IMG/VR virus record: IMGVR_UViG_3300025127_000021
Length of the DNA: 64,000 nucleotides
Direction: 5' to 3' (one strand)
From: an uncultured virus (IMG/VR IMGVR_UViG_3300025127_000021)
Taxonomy: Duplodnaviria; Heunggongvirae; Uroviricota; Caudoviricetes
Part shown: in pieces, positions 26,549-36,900 of the stretch
Numbering within the stretch: the first letter of the stretch is position 1
How the letters are laid out: every line of letters begins with the position of its first letter
Made by a program: the position numbers and the translations under genes
The notes under the pieces: generated by a model
The model's input: the letters and a program-made list of their open reading frames with translations, nothing else
Told to the model about the DNA's origin: nothing
Databases searched by the model: none

Positions 26549-27212
26549 TTTATTGGAAAAATATTCCGGTAAAAAATGTTTGATTCTTGGTTGTGGTCCT
26601 TCTTTAAAAGATGTGGGTCGAAAAAGAATAATGGAATTGTCCAAAGATTATGTTGTGGTAACCATCAAGCAGTCTTATTTACAATTTAAAGAAAAATCAG
26701 AATTTCAATTTTTTAATTGCAATAATTTTATGAATTATACTGATCAGAACAGTAAGTTTGTTTGCTGTTCTCCTTTTAATTTAAAAACTGGAAGGGACTT
26801 GGTGTGGGACGATCAAAAAATTGATTATTATTATCAAATAACAAATCCAAAAAAATTAAGCCAATTTGAGACCCTAGGTGAATACTTTGATAAAGTTAAC
26901 GTTGGTTCTTATCGTGGTCCCGGAATAATGTATGAAATTGTTTTGCCATTCTTATATAATATTGGAATAAAAGAGTTTCTAACGGTGGGATGGGATTATC
27001 ACGCTTCTGAAGGCTATGTTAAACATTTCTACAACGAAAACAGTAGAAAAAAATTAAAAAACCCTGCTGCTCTGCCATATCTCGGTGAGAATGCAGAATC
27101 TATTGAAAATAGTAAAAAAGTAAAACAATTTTTCGATTCAAAAGGTATCCTTTTGAGATGTATGAAAAGTGACAATTGCTACCTTGACAGTAGTATTCAA
27201 AGGATTGAGTAA
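26541..27212 (+). CDS. Maf/DUF115-like putative nonulosonate transferase
   Basis: CLILGCGPSL and GIKEFLTVGWD motifs; adjacent to NeuA and NeuB. Confidence 0.6.
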   Translation: MIDLLEKYSGKKCLILGCGPSLKDVGRKRIMELSKDYVVVTIKQSYLQFKEKSEFQFFNCNNFMNYTDQNSKFVCCSPFNLKTGRDLVWDDQKIDYYYQITNPKKLSQFETLGEYFDKVNVGSYRGPGIMYEIVLPFLYNIGIKEFLTVGWDYHASEGYVKHFYNENSRKKLKNPAALPYLGENAESIENSKKVKQFFDSKGILLRCMKSDNCYLDSSIQRIE

Positions 27213-27877
27213 TGAAAATTAATATTATAATACCAGCAAAAGGAACAAGCGAGAGAATACAAAACAAAAATCTTCTCAAAATAAACAATCAGACTTTGGT
27301 TTATCAAGCGTGTAAAAAGGTACTCTCATGTAAGTTCGTTGACAATGTATATTTGGACACAGAGAACGACGAGATTAAATATGAGGTTAAAGATCTACTA
27401 TCAATGGGCTTGAAGTTAATTCATCGACCTGCTTGTTTGGCTAATAACGATATCGGTGCCAATGAGATGATGATATATGGATTACACAGTATTAGTGACT
27501 GTGATCTTTTATTGCAAACATTTTGTACTTCACCTTTGTTAAAAGCAGAGACTATTGACAACTGTATACAGAAATACCTAGATGAAGGTTATCCGAAATA
27601 TGATAGCTTTTTTACTGTTTTGGAGATGCAAGAGTATTTTTGGCAAAACAATAAGCCCATGAATTTTTCAACTAAACAATTGCCAAATAGTTTTGAATTG
27701 GATAAGATATACATGGAGACTCATGGTTTATATGGTATCATGACTAGTGCACTAATTGAGACCAAAATGAGAGTTGGAAAAAACCCAATGCTATTGCCTG
27801 TTTCAAGATTGCAATCTTTGGACATTAACATAGAAGAAGACCTAAAATTGGTCAAGAGGGTTATGAATGCTTCCTAG
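27212..27877 (+). CDS. neuA: CMP-nonulosonate synthetase (NeuA/CMAS family)
   Basis: IIPAKGTSERIQNKN, TSPL, SLDINIEED. Confidence 0.88.
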   Translation: MKINIIIPAKGTSERIQNKNLLKINNQTLVYQACKKVLSCKFVDNVYLDTENDEIKYEVKDLLSMGLKLIHRPACLANNDIGANEMMIYGLHSISDCDLLLQTFCTSPLLKAETIDNCIQKYLDEGYPKYDSFFTVLEMQEYFWQNNKPMNFSTKQLPNSFELDKIYMETHGLYGIMTSALIETKMRVGKNPMLLPVSRLQSLDINIEEDLKLVKRVMNAS

Positions 27878-28517
27878 TGACATCTATATGGGTATTGTCT
27901 ACGATTCAATGAGAATCTTGGGACAAAGATATCAAGATTTTTATTTAGATATAAAGCCTAAATGTGGTTATAATTCTATAATACAAGGCGAGTGTTTTAC
28001 TACTTTTGGAGAAGTGGTGGAAGTGTCGCCTGATGAATATCAAAAGCTGGATAATATTAGATTGGAATTCTACAAGAAAGAATTTTTTTCTAGCAATCCG
28101 GTTGTTTTTTTACAATCAAACGATTTTAAGGTCGCTCACAGTGGCGATATTACTTCTTTGATTTACCAAAAACTTGGAGCAGTCGGTTTTGTTACTGATG
28201 GTATTGTACGAGATATTGATTTGATAGACAGCATGTCATTTCCTATTTTTTGTCGTGGTGAGAACCCAATTGATGCTCTCGGATACTGGGCACTGACCAA
28301 GTATCAAGTACCAATAATCATTGACGATGTTGTGATAAACCCCGGAGACTATTCCTTTGCTAGCAAAGATGGAGTCATAATAGTAAGAAAATCAATTCTA
28401 AAAGAGTTTAGACAAGTGGCACTTGAACAGTTGGCAAGAGAAAAAAAAGTAAAACACATTATCAACAATACTGACAAAAACTACAGTGAAATCGTGGAGG
28501 AACTAGGAAGATGGTAA
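27867..28517 (+). CDS. RraA/HMG-aldolase family protein
   Basis: SGDI..GAVGFVTDGIVRD, INPGD..DGVI. Confidence 0.85.
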   Translation: MLPSDIYMGIVYDSMRILGQRYQDFYLDIKPKCGYNSIIQGECFTTFGEVVEVSPDEYQKLDNIRLEFYKKEFFSSNPVVFLQSNDFKVAHSGDITSLIYQKLGAVGFVTDGIVRDIDLIDSMSFPIFCRGENPIDALGYWALTKYQVPIIIDDVVINPGDYSFASKDGVIIVRKSILKEFRQVALEQLAREKKVKHIINNTDKNYSEIVEELGRW

Positions 28518-29353
28518 TCAATAAACCTATAATGGTAGCAGAGCTAAGCATAAATCACATGGGCATGGTAAAAATAGCCCAGAAGATGATTGATGAGGCG
28601 ATAGCAGGCGGTGCTGATTTGATAAAGCTAAAATACAAAAATGTTAAAAAGTATTATAAAGATGACGGTAAAAAGTGGAGAAACTTTAACTTTAAGAAAT
28701 ATCGAGGATCTTTAGAACTTAGCGAAAAGGACTTTATATACTTGGCAAACTATTGTAATTCTAAAAACATTAAGTGGTTCTGCACTGTGCATGACGAAGA
28801 GGGATTAAAGTTTATACAAAAATTTAACCCTCCATATTATAAGGTTGCTTCCATGGATGCCGGTAAAGGAGATTTGGTCTCAAAGGTTATGAAGCTCTGT
28901 GCAGATGAGAACAAACCTATGATAATTAGCCTCGGTGGCAAAACAGATCAATTCGTCAGCAACTTGGTAGAAAAGATAGACTCTCATGGCATAAAAGCTT
29001 TCATGCTTCACACGGTATCGATATACCCAACCCCTGATGGAAAATCAAACATTACTTACATTACTCATTTGAAAAAGAAGTTTGAGTCTGAAAATATCAA
29101 GATTGGATACTCTGGTCATGAAATTGGCTATGCTCCATCTATCTTGGCCACCCTTCAAGGTGCCGCAATGATTGAACGACACTTTTCACTTTCAATGGAT
29201 TGGAAAATCCACCACATTGGGTGCTCTTTAACACCGAAAACATACAGAGAAATGAACTTGACTATTGATAAGCTTATCATGGAAAACAACGCAGGTTTAA
29301 CAGAGTTTCATCGTGAAGAGCTTGACTTTTTGAAGGATTTAAAATACATATGA
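28511..29353 (+). CDS. neuB: NeuB-family PEP-dependent nonulosonate(-9-P) synthase, no SAF domain
   Basis: AELSINHMG, GADLIK, KVAS, HTVSIYP, GYSGHE, IERHF; only 280 aa. Confidence 0.9.
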   Translation: MVINKPIMVAELSINHMGMVKIAQKMIDEAIAGGADLIKLKYKNVKKYYKDDGKKWRNFNFKKYRGSLELSEKDFIYLANYCNSKNIKWFCTVHDEEGLKFIQKFNPPYYKVASMDAGKGDLVSKVMKLCADENKPMIISLGGKTDQFVSNLVEKIDSHGIKAFMLHTVSIYPTPDGKSNITYITHLKKKFESENIKIGYSGHEIGYAPSILATLQGAAMIERHFSLSMDWKIHHIGCSLTPKTYREMNLTIDKLIMENNAGLTEFHREELDFLKDLKYI

Positions 29354-29934
29354 TTTATATTGTAAGACATGGCCAAACAGCATGGAATCTACAAAAGCGC
29401 AAACAAGGTAGAAAAGATTCCCCTTTGACCTTAAAAGGTATAGCGCAAGCCGAACATATTGCGAAAATATTAAACACAGAGATACAAGATATTTCTAAGT
29501 TCAAGATTGTTGTCTCGCCTCAGTGGCGATGTCAGCAATTTGCTAGTATTGTGTGTGAACACATTGGCATTCCGTTTTCTCAATGTGTTTTCGAAGAAAA
29601 CCTAAGAGAGCATTGTTTTGGTTTGTGGGAAGGTAAAACAGAAGAAGAAATAGAAGCATCCTTCCCCGGCTTTTTAGCCAGAAGATATAAGCCAGAAAAC
29701 TACTGGTCTTATGTGGTTCCAATGGGCGAGAGTTATGAACTCCTCAGTTTAAGAGTCGCAAAAGTTTTGGAAAATTATAAAGATGAAAATGTTATCTTTG
29801 TATGCCATGAGATGGTTTCCAAAGTGATGCGAGGGGTTTTGTTAGATTTAGAAACCCATCAGATCTTGCCCACAAAACACCCACAAGATACTGTTTATAA
29901 AATCGATAAGGAGATGATAAATGAAATTAAGTGA
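29350..29934 (+). CDS. histidine phosphatase (PGM/CobC family)
   Basis: VRHGQT, SPQWRC, LREHCFGLWEG, GES, VCH. Confidence 0.92.
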   Translation: MIYIVRHGQTAWNLQKRKQGRKDSPLTLKGIAQAEHIAKILNTEIQDISKFKIVVSPQWRCQQFASIVCEHIGIPFSQCVFEENLREHCFGLWEGKTEEEIEASFPGFLARRYKPENYWSYVVPMGESYELLSLRVAKVLENYKDENVIFVCHEMVSKVMRGVLLDLETHQILPTKHPQDTVYKIDKEMINEIK

Positions 29935-30160
29935 TCAAGCGATGGGAGCGATTATGATGGCTCTCCAAAAATCTTTGTTGGAACAAAGTGATATTGTTCC
30001 TGTCTTAAAGGACATGAAGTTCCAACAAATGGACAACGGCCAATTGATGGTCGAAAACCCTCCATCTTTCTCTGCTGATGGAAAAAGTGCCGGAGTAAAA
30101 ATTGTCGAATCAGAAACTCCAGCCTTTGTTTATGAATCGGATACCAAATACAATGCCTAG
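29921..30160 (+). CDS. hypothetical protein
   Basis: AAGGAG SD; 79 aa. Confidence 0.7.
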   Translation: MKLSDQAMGAIMMALQKSLLEQSDIVPVLKDMKFQQMDNGQLMVENPPSFSADGKSAGVKIVESETPAFVYESDTKYNA

Positions 30161-30395
30161 ATATGTCTATAAATGCGGATCCTGTGGAGCAAGTTTTGTC
30201 ACTGTGCATGGCATGATGGAAGACCAAGATCATTGCGATATTTGCTATGAATCATCATGTGTTACAAGGATTCCTCAAATGCCTTTTGTAAAACACAAAA
30301 CAAACACTGGCAAGGTCGTCAAAGAATTCATCGATGATGCAAAAGAAGAACTGGCTAAAGAGAAAAAACGTCTAGCTAGCGAAGAGAGGGATTAG
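30153..30395 (+). CDS. FmdB-type zinc-ribbon protein
   Basis: MPRYVYKCGSCG..CDIC. Confidence 0.8.
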   Translation: MPRYVYKCGSCGASFVTVHGMMEDQDHCDICYESSCVTRIPQMPFVKHKTNTGKVVKEFIDDAKEELAKEKKRLASEERD

Positions 30396-30396
30396 A

Positions 30397-30816
30397 ATGT
30401 CTGGATTAGAAATTTGGTTAATAGTTATACTAGCGATAAGCTGCACGGCTATCGCTTTTTTGGTATGGTACCTGAGAAAACTTCTGGCAAAGTTTTTGTT
30501 TATATCTCAGAACTTAGGAGACCTTGTAGAAGTGGTAGAAAATTATCATAATCACCTCAAACAAGTCAACAATATGGAAACTTATCATGGTGATGAGACC
30601 ATAGAATATCTCATGAAGCACACTGCTAGTTTGCTTGACATACTTGAGGATTATAGGGATGTTTATGATATTACAGTACCATTAGAAGATCTACAGGAGG
30701 AACAGTTAGATGACAACACCACAGCCCAAACCCAAGCAGAGGAGGAGACGCAGAACGAGATCCCGGTCACCGAAGAAAATGTATTTTACGCAGGAACACG
30801 AAGACGCAATAGTTAA
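30397..30816 (+). CDS. membrane-anchored helical protein
   Basis: N-terminal hydrophobic helix, acidic tail. Confidence 0.7.
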   Translation: MSGLEIWLIVILAISCTAIAFLVWYLRKLLAKFLFISQNLGDLVEVVENYHNHLKQVNNMETYHGDETIEYLMKHTASLLDILEDYRDVYDITVPLEDLQEEQLDDNTTAQTQAEEETQNEIPVTEENVFYAGTRRRNS

Positions 30817-31438
30817 ATACGCTTTGACAAAGGACAGGAAAATAAGAACCGAACTGTATGTCACTCTTTTACAGCCTGCATTTGATGAGATGGTTGATAA
30901 AATAGTTTTTACTTACAAGTTTACAACCTTACCCAATATCGATGAGTTAAGAGATGAATGTAAGGTATGGCTCACAACTATTCTTGATAAATACGATCCA
31001 AACCGTGGATCAAAAGCTTTTTCTTATTTCTCGGTCATAACAAAAAACTGGTTTATACACAAGGTAAAGCAAACATCTCGACGAGCAAAGCGAGAGGTAG
31101 ATTTTGAAACAGTTGCCAAAGAAGTAGATGAAAAGCTGGTTGACACTAGGAATGTGTATGTTGAGACAAGAGAAAGAAAAGAATTTTGGGAAAACTTGTG
31201 GTTTGAGATAGAAAGCTGGAGACCCGAGATGATGAAGGAAAACGAGAAAAAGGTTTATGAAGCCATAAAGATTCTTCTCACATCTGTTGATGACATTGAG
31301 ATATACAATAAAAAAGCAATATATTTGTATTTGCGTGAGTTAACCGATCTCAACACTAAACAAGTTGTAAACCAATTGAATAAAATGAGGAAAAAATATA
31401 AGATTTTCAAAAAGAATTGGGATTCTGGTAAAATCTAA
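30710..31438 (+). CDS. phage sigma-factor-like protein (probable late sigma, gp55-like)
   Basis: YFTQEHEDAI, KYDPNRGSKAFSYFSVITKN (sigma region-2-like); AGGAGG SD. Confidence 0.7.
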   Translation: MTTPQPKPKQRRRRRTRSRSPKKMYFTQEHEDAIVKYALTKDRKIRTELYVTLLQPAFDEMVDKIVFTYKFTTLPNIDELRDECKVWLTTILDKYDPNRGSKAFSYFSVITKNWFIHKVKQTSRRAKREVDFETVAKEVDEKLVDTRNVYVETRERKEFWENLWFEIESWRPEMMKENEKKVYEAIKILLTSVDDIEIYNKKAIYLYLRELTDLNTKQVVNQLNKMRKKYKIFKKNWDSGKI

Positions 31439-31444
31439 CTCCAA

Positions 31445-31452
31445 ACTAATTA
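31445..31452 (+). promoter_or_regulatory. candidate late promoter (leaderless mRNA)
   Basis: ACTAATTA 7 nt before ATG 31460, at the start of the tail module. Confidence 0.55.
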
Positions 31453-31459
31453 AAATATT

Positions 31460-31765
31460 ATGGCAGAAAAAGTTAAAAAATACATTGATGAGACAATAGA
31501 TAACATAAGAAAAGACAGAGAAGTAACTAAAGAATTACTGGACGATGCTTTGAAATGGCTATCTAAAGATGAATCTCGCCATCGAGAGATTGGCCTTGTT
31601 TTGTCTAAATACGTTGAAACTCTCCAAAGGTCCAATGAGCAACTGGTCAAGGTTGTGACATTGATGTCAAAAAATGAATCCTCCCGAGGCTTAAGTGATG
31701 AAGACAAAGACCAACTTCTAGATATGATTTCTGGCCAAGGAGAGGATAAAGATGAAGGAAAGTAG
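31460..31765 (+). CDS. helical hypothetical protein
   Basis: 101 aa. Confidence 0.7.
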   Translation: MAEKVKKYIDETIDNIRKDREVTKELLDDALKWLSKDESRHREIGLVLSKYVETLQRSNEQLVKVVTLMSKNESSRGLSDEDKDQLLDMISGQGEDKDEGK

Positions 31766-32942
31766 TTATAAAAACTTTTCTAGATTGTTATCAATCAGGT
31801 CAAAACATGGGGAGTTTGATAAGGCTAAATATGATTATCTTTTAGATTATTATTTGTTTGATAATATGAAGGGAAGAAAGACATTCACGGCTGTTTGTTT
31901 GAGTGGCGGAACAACTGGAGAAAATCCACCAAACCCAACTGTACCGCAGAATAATTTTCATCCTATAAAATTACGGCCAGATTTTTTTGACGAGATGATT
32001 CCTGACCCATGTGGAGAAAAATATAAAGAAAACTTGGCCGGAGCACAAATAGCAATCAGCATGCACCCTATAGGTATCGGTTTGCAAGCTATTGGTATAG
32101 GGCAAAGAACTCCTGCTTTTGGAGAAACAGTGAATATTGAATTTGTTTGTAAATCTCCGGATCAATTTGGACAAATGCGATGCTTGAGGTATCACTATCT
32201 CAAGGAGCCTGTTGAGTTTGAATATTATTGTGCAAATCAGGTTTTACAAGATATGGTGGGAAAATATTCTACTTCTGGTCCACCTCTTTTGATGAGCGGC
32301 TTTCAAGTACCAAACGGCCCACCCTCTCCCGGAGGCCCATCCCCTGCGGGTATGTATTTGGGAAATCAAGATTTATCGACACCTTGCCAAAAAGGAATTG
32401 GAAACTGGACAGGTTCAGATCGCTCGAATGGAAAAGCTCGAAGAAGAATATATGTTGGCCAAATTCCTCAATGGAAAGACAAAATGGTTTACAACGGCCA
32501 ACTTCCTGATGAAATCATGTGTAAAACAAATGTAACTAGAAAAGGAACAATTCTTTTGAGAGAAATTACTCCTTATTTTGAGGAGTTTGCTTTGGCCTTC
32601 AAAGAACACTTTGGAAACACAATGCATGCCTCAGGTTTTAGAACTTATGACACCCAAGTGAAACTGAAAATAAAAAAACCCAGATTAGCTGCTACCGCTG
32701 GCAGATCAAATCATGGCTGGGGTTTGGCTTTTGATTGGAATGCAAAACACCATGGTCGCAAAGGCCAAGCGGGGACCAAACAAAGTCACGGATTTAGAAC
32801 AGATACTTATCGCTGGATGGACGCTAATGCGGCAAAATATAATTTTCACAATCCCGGTTGGGCTAGGGAAACTGGTTCAAAACCAGAGTGGTGGCACTTT
32901 GAGTGGATAAAAACAAAGCAATTTCTTGTTACAAAGAAATAA
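31752..32942 (+). CDS. hub-like N-domain plus M15/VanY-type peptidoglycan peptidase
   Basis: SGFRTYDTQ, SNHGWGLAFD, EWWH motifs; N-domain shared with ORFs 41262 and 42429. Confidence 0.85.
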   Translation: MKESSYKNFSRLLSIRSKHGEFDKAKYDYLLDYYLFDNMKGRKTFTAVCLSGGTTGENPPNPTVPQNNFHPIKLRPDFFDEMIPDPCGEKYKENLAGAQIAISMHPIGIGLQAIGIGQRTPAFGETVNIEFVCKSPDQFGQMRCLRYHYLKEPVEFEYYCANQVLQDMVGKYSTSGPPLLMSGFQVPNGPPSPGGPSPAGMYLGNQDLSTPCQKGIGNWTGSDRSNGKARRRIYVGQIPQWKDKMVYNGQLPDEIMCKTNVTRKGTILLREITPYFEEFALAFKEHFGNTMHASGFRTYDTQVKLKIKKPRLAATAGRSNHGWGLAFDWNAKHHGRKGQAGTKQSHGFRTDTYRWMDANAAKYNFHNPGWARETGSKPEWWHFEWIKTKQFLVTKK

Positions 32943-32954
32943 TGGAGATAAAAT

Positions 32955-33908
32955 ATGAGTAGAAAAACAAGGCATGTAGATTTTCAAAACATGTCAGTTA
33001 CACCGCCTGATATTCAAAAGATGATCAGAAAGGGTACTCCACCCGGTCGTTTTTGTACAGCGTTAATGGAAGAGTTTCCTCAACGAGAAGAAGCTAGTTG
33101 CGAAAAACCATGGTATGGTCTTAACAATTCTCATATAATCCTAGGTAGAGACAGAGACGCATCATTGGCTTCTGGCAAAGGTGGAGATGGAGCTACAAAA
33201 TGTGGTATGATAGATTTAGTAGCTGGCCATTTGGCTGGCCTAGGCAGTAAGTCACATGGTGATATTTTATCTGGTCCAAACTTTGCCCTTGACGCAGCTA
33301 GGATTTATATAACACAAAAGGGAAACATTGATCAACAGTTCGCTCTTTTTCTAGGAAACTCTAGAGTTAAAAACACAGACAATGCTTCTGGAATTGGCAT
33401 TAAGGCTGACCATACACGAGTTATCGGTCGACAATCAGTCAAAATATATGCAGGAAAAGCCAACTGGGAAGGCGCAGGGTTTTTTGGCGAGCCTAATTCA
33501 AATGGTGGCCAAATCCAAACTGGATCAGGAACGATAGAATTAATAGCTGGTAACTATTTAGATATCCAACCAGCAGTAAAGGGTAAAAATTTAGCAATAG
33601 CGTTGAAAAAAATATATAAAATGATAAAAGGAGTTGTATCAGCAATACACTTCTTACACACAACTCAGTTAAAGATTTCAACATATATGTTGGGACACAT
33701 TCATCCGGGTTTTGGGATGTCACCCTCCCCAAGCATGGTGGTCGGTACGGTTGATCATTTTATTAAATCACTAACGGGACAGTTTGATATGTTAATGAAA
33801 CAACTAAACACCATAGTAAATGAACTAGGCGCAGTTGGCATAGGAGATGCAAAAGCTAACATTCCCGGCTTTAAAGATATATTAAGTACAAGCGTTTTCT
33901 TAAGTTGA
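32955..33908 (+). CDS. probable baseplate central spike (gp5/gpV C-terminal-like)
   Basis: Gly-rich beta repeats, AVKG..L, HIH apex-like motif; baseplate context. Confidence 0.55.
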   Translation: MSRKTRHVDFQNMSVTPPDIQKMIRKGTPPGRFCTALMEEFPQREEASCEKPWYGLNNSHIILGRDRDASLASGKGGDGATKCGMIDLVAGHLAGLGSKSHGDILSGPNFALDAARIYITQKGNIDQQFALFLGNSRVKNTDNASGIGIKADHTRVIGRQSVKIYAGKANWEGAGFFGEPNSNGGQIQTGSGTIELIAGNYLDIQPAVKGKNLAIALKKIYKMIKGVVSAIHFLHTTQLKISTYMLGHIHPGFGMSPSPSMVVGTVDHFIKSLTGQFDMLMKQLNTIVNELGAVGIGDAKANIPGFKDILSTSVFLS

Positions 33909-33916
33909 GGTAAAAT

Positions 33917-36900
33917 ATGAGTAACGATGATAGAGGAATTAAGAGGTTTCAAACAGATGTTTGCGAGCCGGCTCTTCCACCGGCAGAAGAAAAATTCTGC
34001 CCAACATGTATTCCAAATCCCGATGCTATAGTTCCAGATTGGAAACTAAGCGACGGTGAACCATTTTTAAATGAAAAAACATGTGAATATCAAATCTCCG
34101 TGATGATAAACGAAGAAGGGGATTACTACACCTCAAAAGAAATAGGTAACGCCATGAGGAAAGACAACATACCTTTACCTATGATTCTTCGTTCTTATGT
34201 GTTACCAGCTTGTCGCTTGTTGTTGAGATACTATGAGAAAGAGGAGACTGATCAAACTGTATGTGCTTTTCCTGCGGTTTCTGGAACCATAGATCCCACT
34301 GCTTTTATGGAGCCAGATTGGGCTGTGGGAGACAAAGAGAAGAATTGCATGTCAATATATTCAATGATGAGGGCAGCAAAAATTCCGGAAGATTTTTTAG
34401 ATAAGGTCATAAGAGAAGTTGAGGTTCCTATTCCAAACAGTGACAATGATTTTTTTACAATGCAAATTGTTGACGGAGCGATGATATATCAATTCCAAAA
34501 GAAATCAGAAATAGATCCAGATGCGCGACCGATTAACTCTGATGGTTTAGAATTGTACGCAAAAGTATCAGACTATGATCTGGGAAGCTCTCCCGCTGAA
34601 CCTATGAAGGTTTTAGTATCGGTTCCTGCTTATATATTTGATTCTATACCCGAAGCCCCAGAGCCAGAAACGTTGGATTTTTCTAGTAAAGAAGAGGTAA
34701 TACTGTCAGGACCAAGACTTAAGGCAATGACAAAACGTTTGCACAAAGCACTTAAAGTTTATGGGAGATATCAGGCTTACTGGTGGCAAACAGAAAGGGC
34801 ATCAATTTATAAATCCGGTAGAAATGCAGATGGAGAATATGTTCCAGTGGGAACGGGAGAAGAAGGCACAGCATTTGCTGACAAAGGAAGTAAGTTGGAG
34901 AGAGACTCATCTGGCGATCCTATTGGTGATCCATCTATATTTTATATTATGGAATACGAACAACCAGTTCTTAAGTTCTTAGATGCTCTGGATACGCTTT
35001 TAGAGCAAAATGGCGCAAGACTCACCTCTGCTCCAAACTTTTTAGGAGACAGAGTTGAAGAAATTAAAATTGTATTTGAGCCCGATGAACCCGAGTCGGC
35101 CCCAACAGAAGAAGATGAAATATTAGATGAAGATCTCCAAGCAGTAGAAAACTTACAAGGACAACCTGATGCTGTCCCGGAACAGGGTGAAGTTGATATG
35201 GAGTTTGATTCCGAAAGTGGACCTTTAAGAATTAAAGCTGTTTGGTTTAAATATAACATGTGTGGTTGGCAAAAAGCAAAATCAGGATTCAAGAAGTTTT
35301 TGGAAAAAGAAGTTGTTAAAGACAAGACAGTTGTTGGATATTTCTCCAACTTAACTGACATAGATTCTGATTTGATGGCGAAACAAACACCCGGTTGGCT
35401 AGATTTTATTGTAAAGTATACCTATCCTCCTTTGCAAATAAGGTATGAAAATGAAAATCTTGAAACTCGACAAAACCCTATCGCTTGTGTTATAGACGCT
35501 GCCGGTGGCCCAAATGCTCTTAGGGACTACATCTTCAACACTGTTATGTCGATGGGTGACGCTATTGCTTATCAGTTTAGTAAAAACGCATGCAAATTAA
35601 TAAGCCAAGAGCAAAAAAGGGCCCTAGGTACACTGACAGCAAAAGAGCAAAAAAACCTATACAGACCAACAGATTATAAATTTAAAGAATGGAAAAAAGG
35701 TCTTGAGGCTCGTGCAAATGCTTCTGTCAAAAAACATTATGAAAAAGAAACTAAAGCAATAAAAGCTCAAGGAAAACAGATAGAAAGAGAAGATTTTAAA
35801 AATAAAGCAGCATATGATGCGGCAGTTCAAGAAAATCGCATGGAGCAAAAACGTAACACAGTAAGAGAATCCGAAGCAGTCCAGCACCCATACAGATCAT
35901 TGGCTATGGATGCAGCACTTAAAGAGTTTCCCTTAGATAATACCCTTCTGGGCTTGTTTGTCGATGAGTCTGATTTAAGAGCTTTTGGTCTAGGTGCACT
36001 ATTTGATGACCCACTTGCTTCTTTGGATGGTGAAGAGGAAAATTCCAAATGGGAGCTAATAAAAAGAAAGCTAGATTTGTGTGGAATTACACAACTTGGT
36101 TTGAAGGCTATTCAATGTTTAATGGGGGGCGTCTCCGCTGACGTAGCTTATGGTGCAATTATCAAAGCGGCCCTTAGGGCAATGGATAACACAAATTTTG
36201 AGAAATTTTTTATTGGGTTGCCGTATGAAAAACAATTAGAAATTCAAGAAAAAATAAAAAAGGATATTGGCGATCTTCCCCCGCCTTGGGAGTGGGAACC
36301 CGGACCTGCTACTATCCCTAGAGAAAAGTATGATTTGGTTACCCAAGAAGACTCTGTAGCTTCAAATAATCAAAAAACTTTCGCCAATGATGACAAGATA
36401 CTTCAAATCACCGATATTTTGCTACCAGAAATTCAAACAAAGCTAGATGAAGTCTCTGGCAAGATGAACAAAACAGATGATAAAGATAAAAAAGAGTCAT
36501 ACTCTATACAATACGAAAAATTAAACAAACAATTTAATGACCTTCTTAAGGAAAGAGACAAACTTAATCGTCAAAATAAAAAACTCCAAGCTGCAAATGA
36601 ACAGTCGAACAATAAAATTGAAAAACTAAATGAGTATTTTGGAGATTTGTCCTCTGAAGACAAAGACAAGATGCGTATAGCTGTTGCGAAATATAAACAT
36701 AATAAAAAACACGATCCGGAAGAAAAGATTAAACAAGGTACCATAGGCAAGGCTCTTGGTGGAATACAAAAGGTATTATTTGAAGCATATGTAGATGCAA
36801 TTTTAGACACAGTAGGGTTTGATAAACTATTATCAATATTAGATAAGTTTCCGGGTGCTAAAATAATTATCAATGCTATAGCAAAGTTGGACTGTCTATC

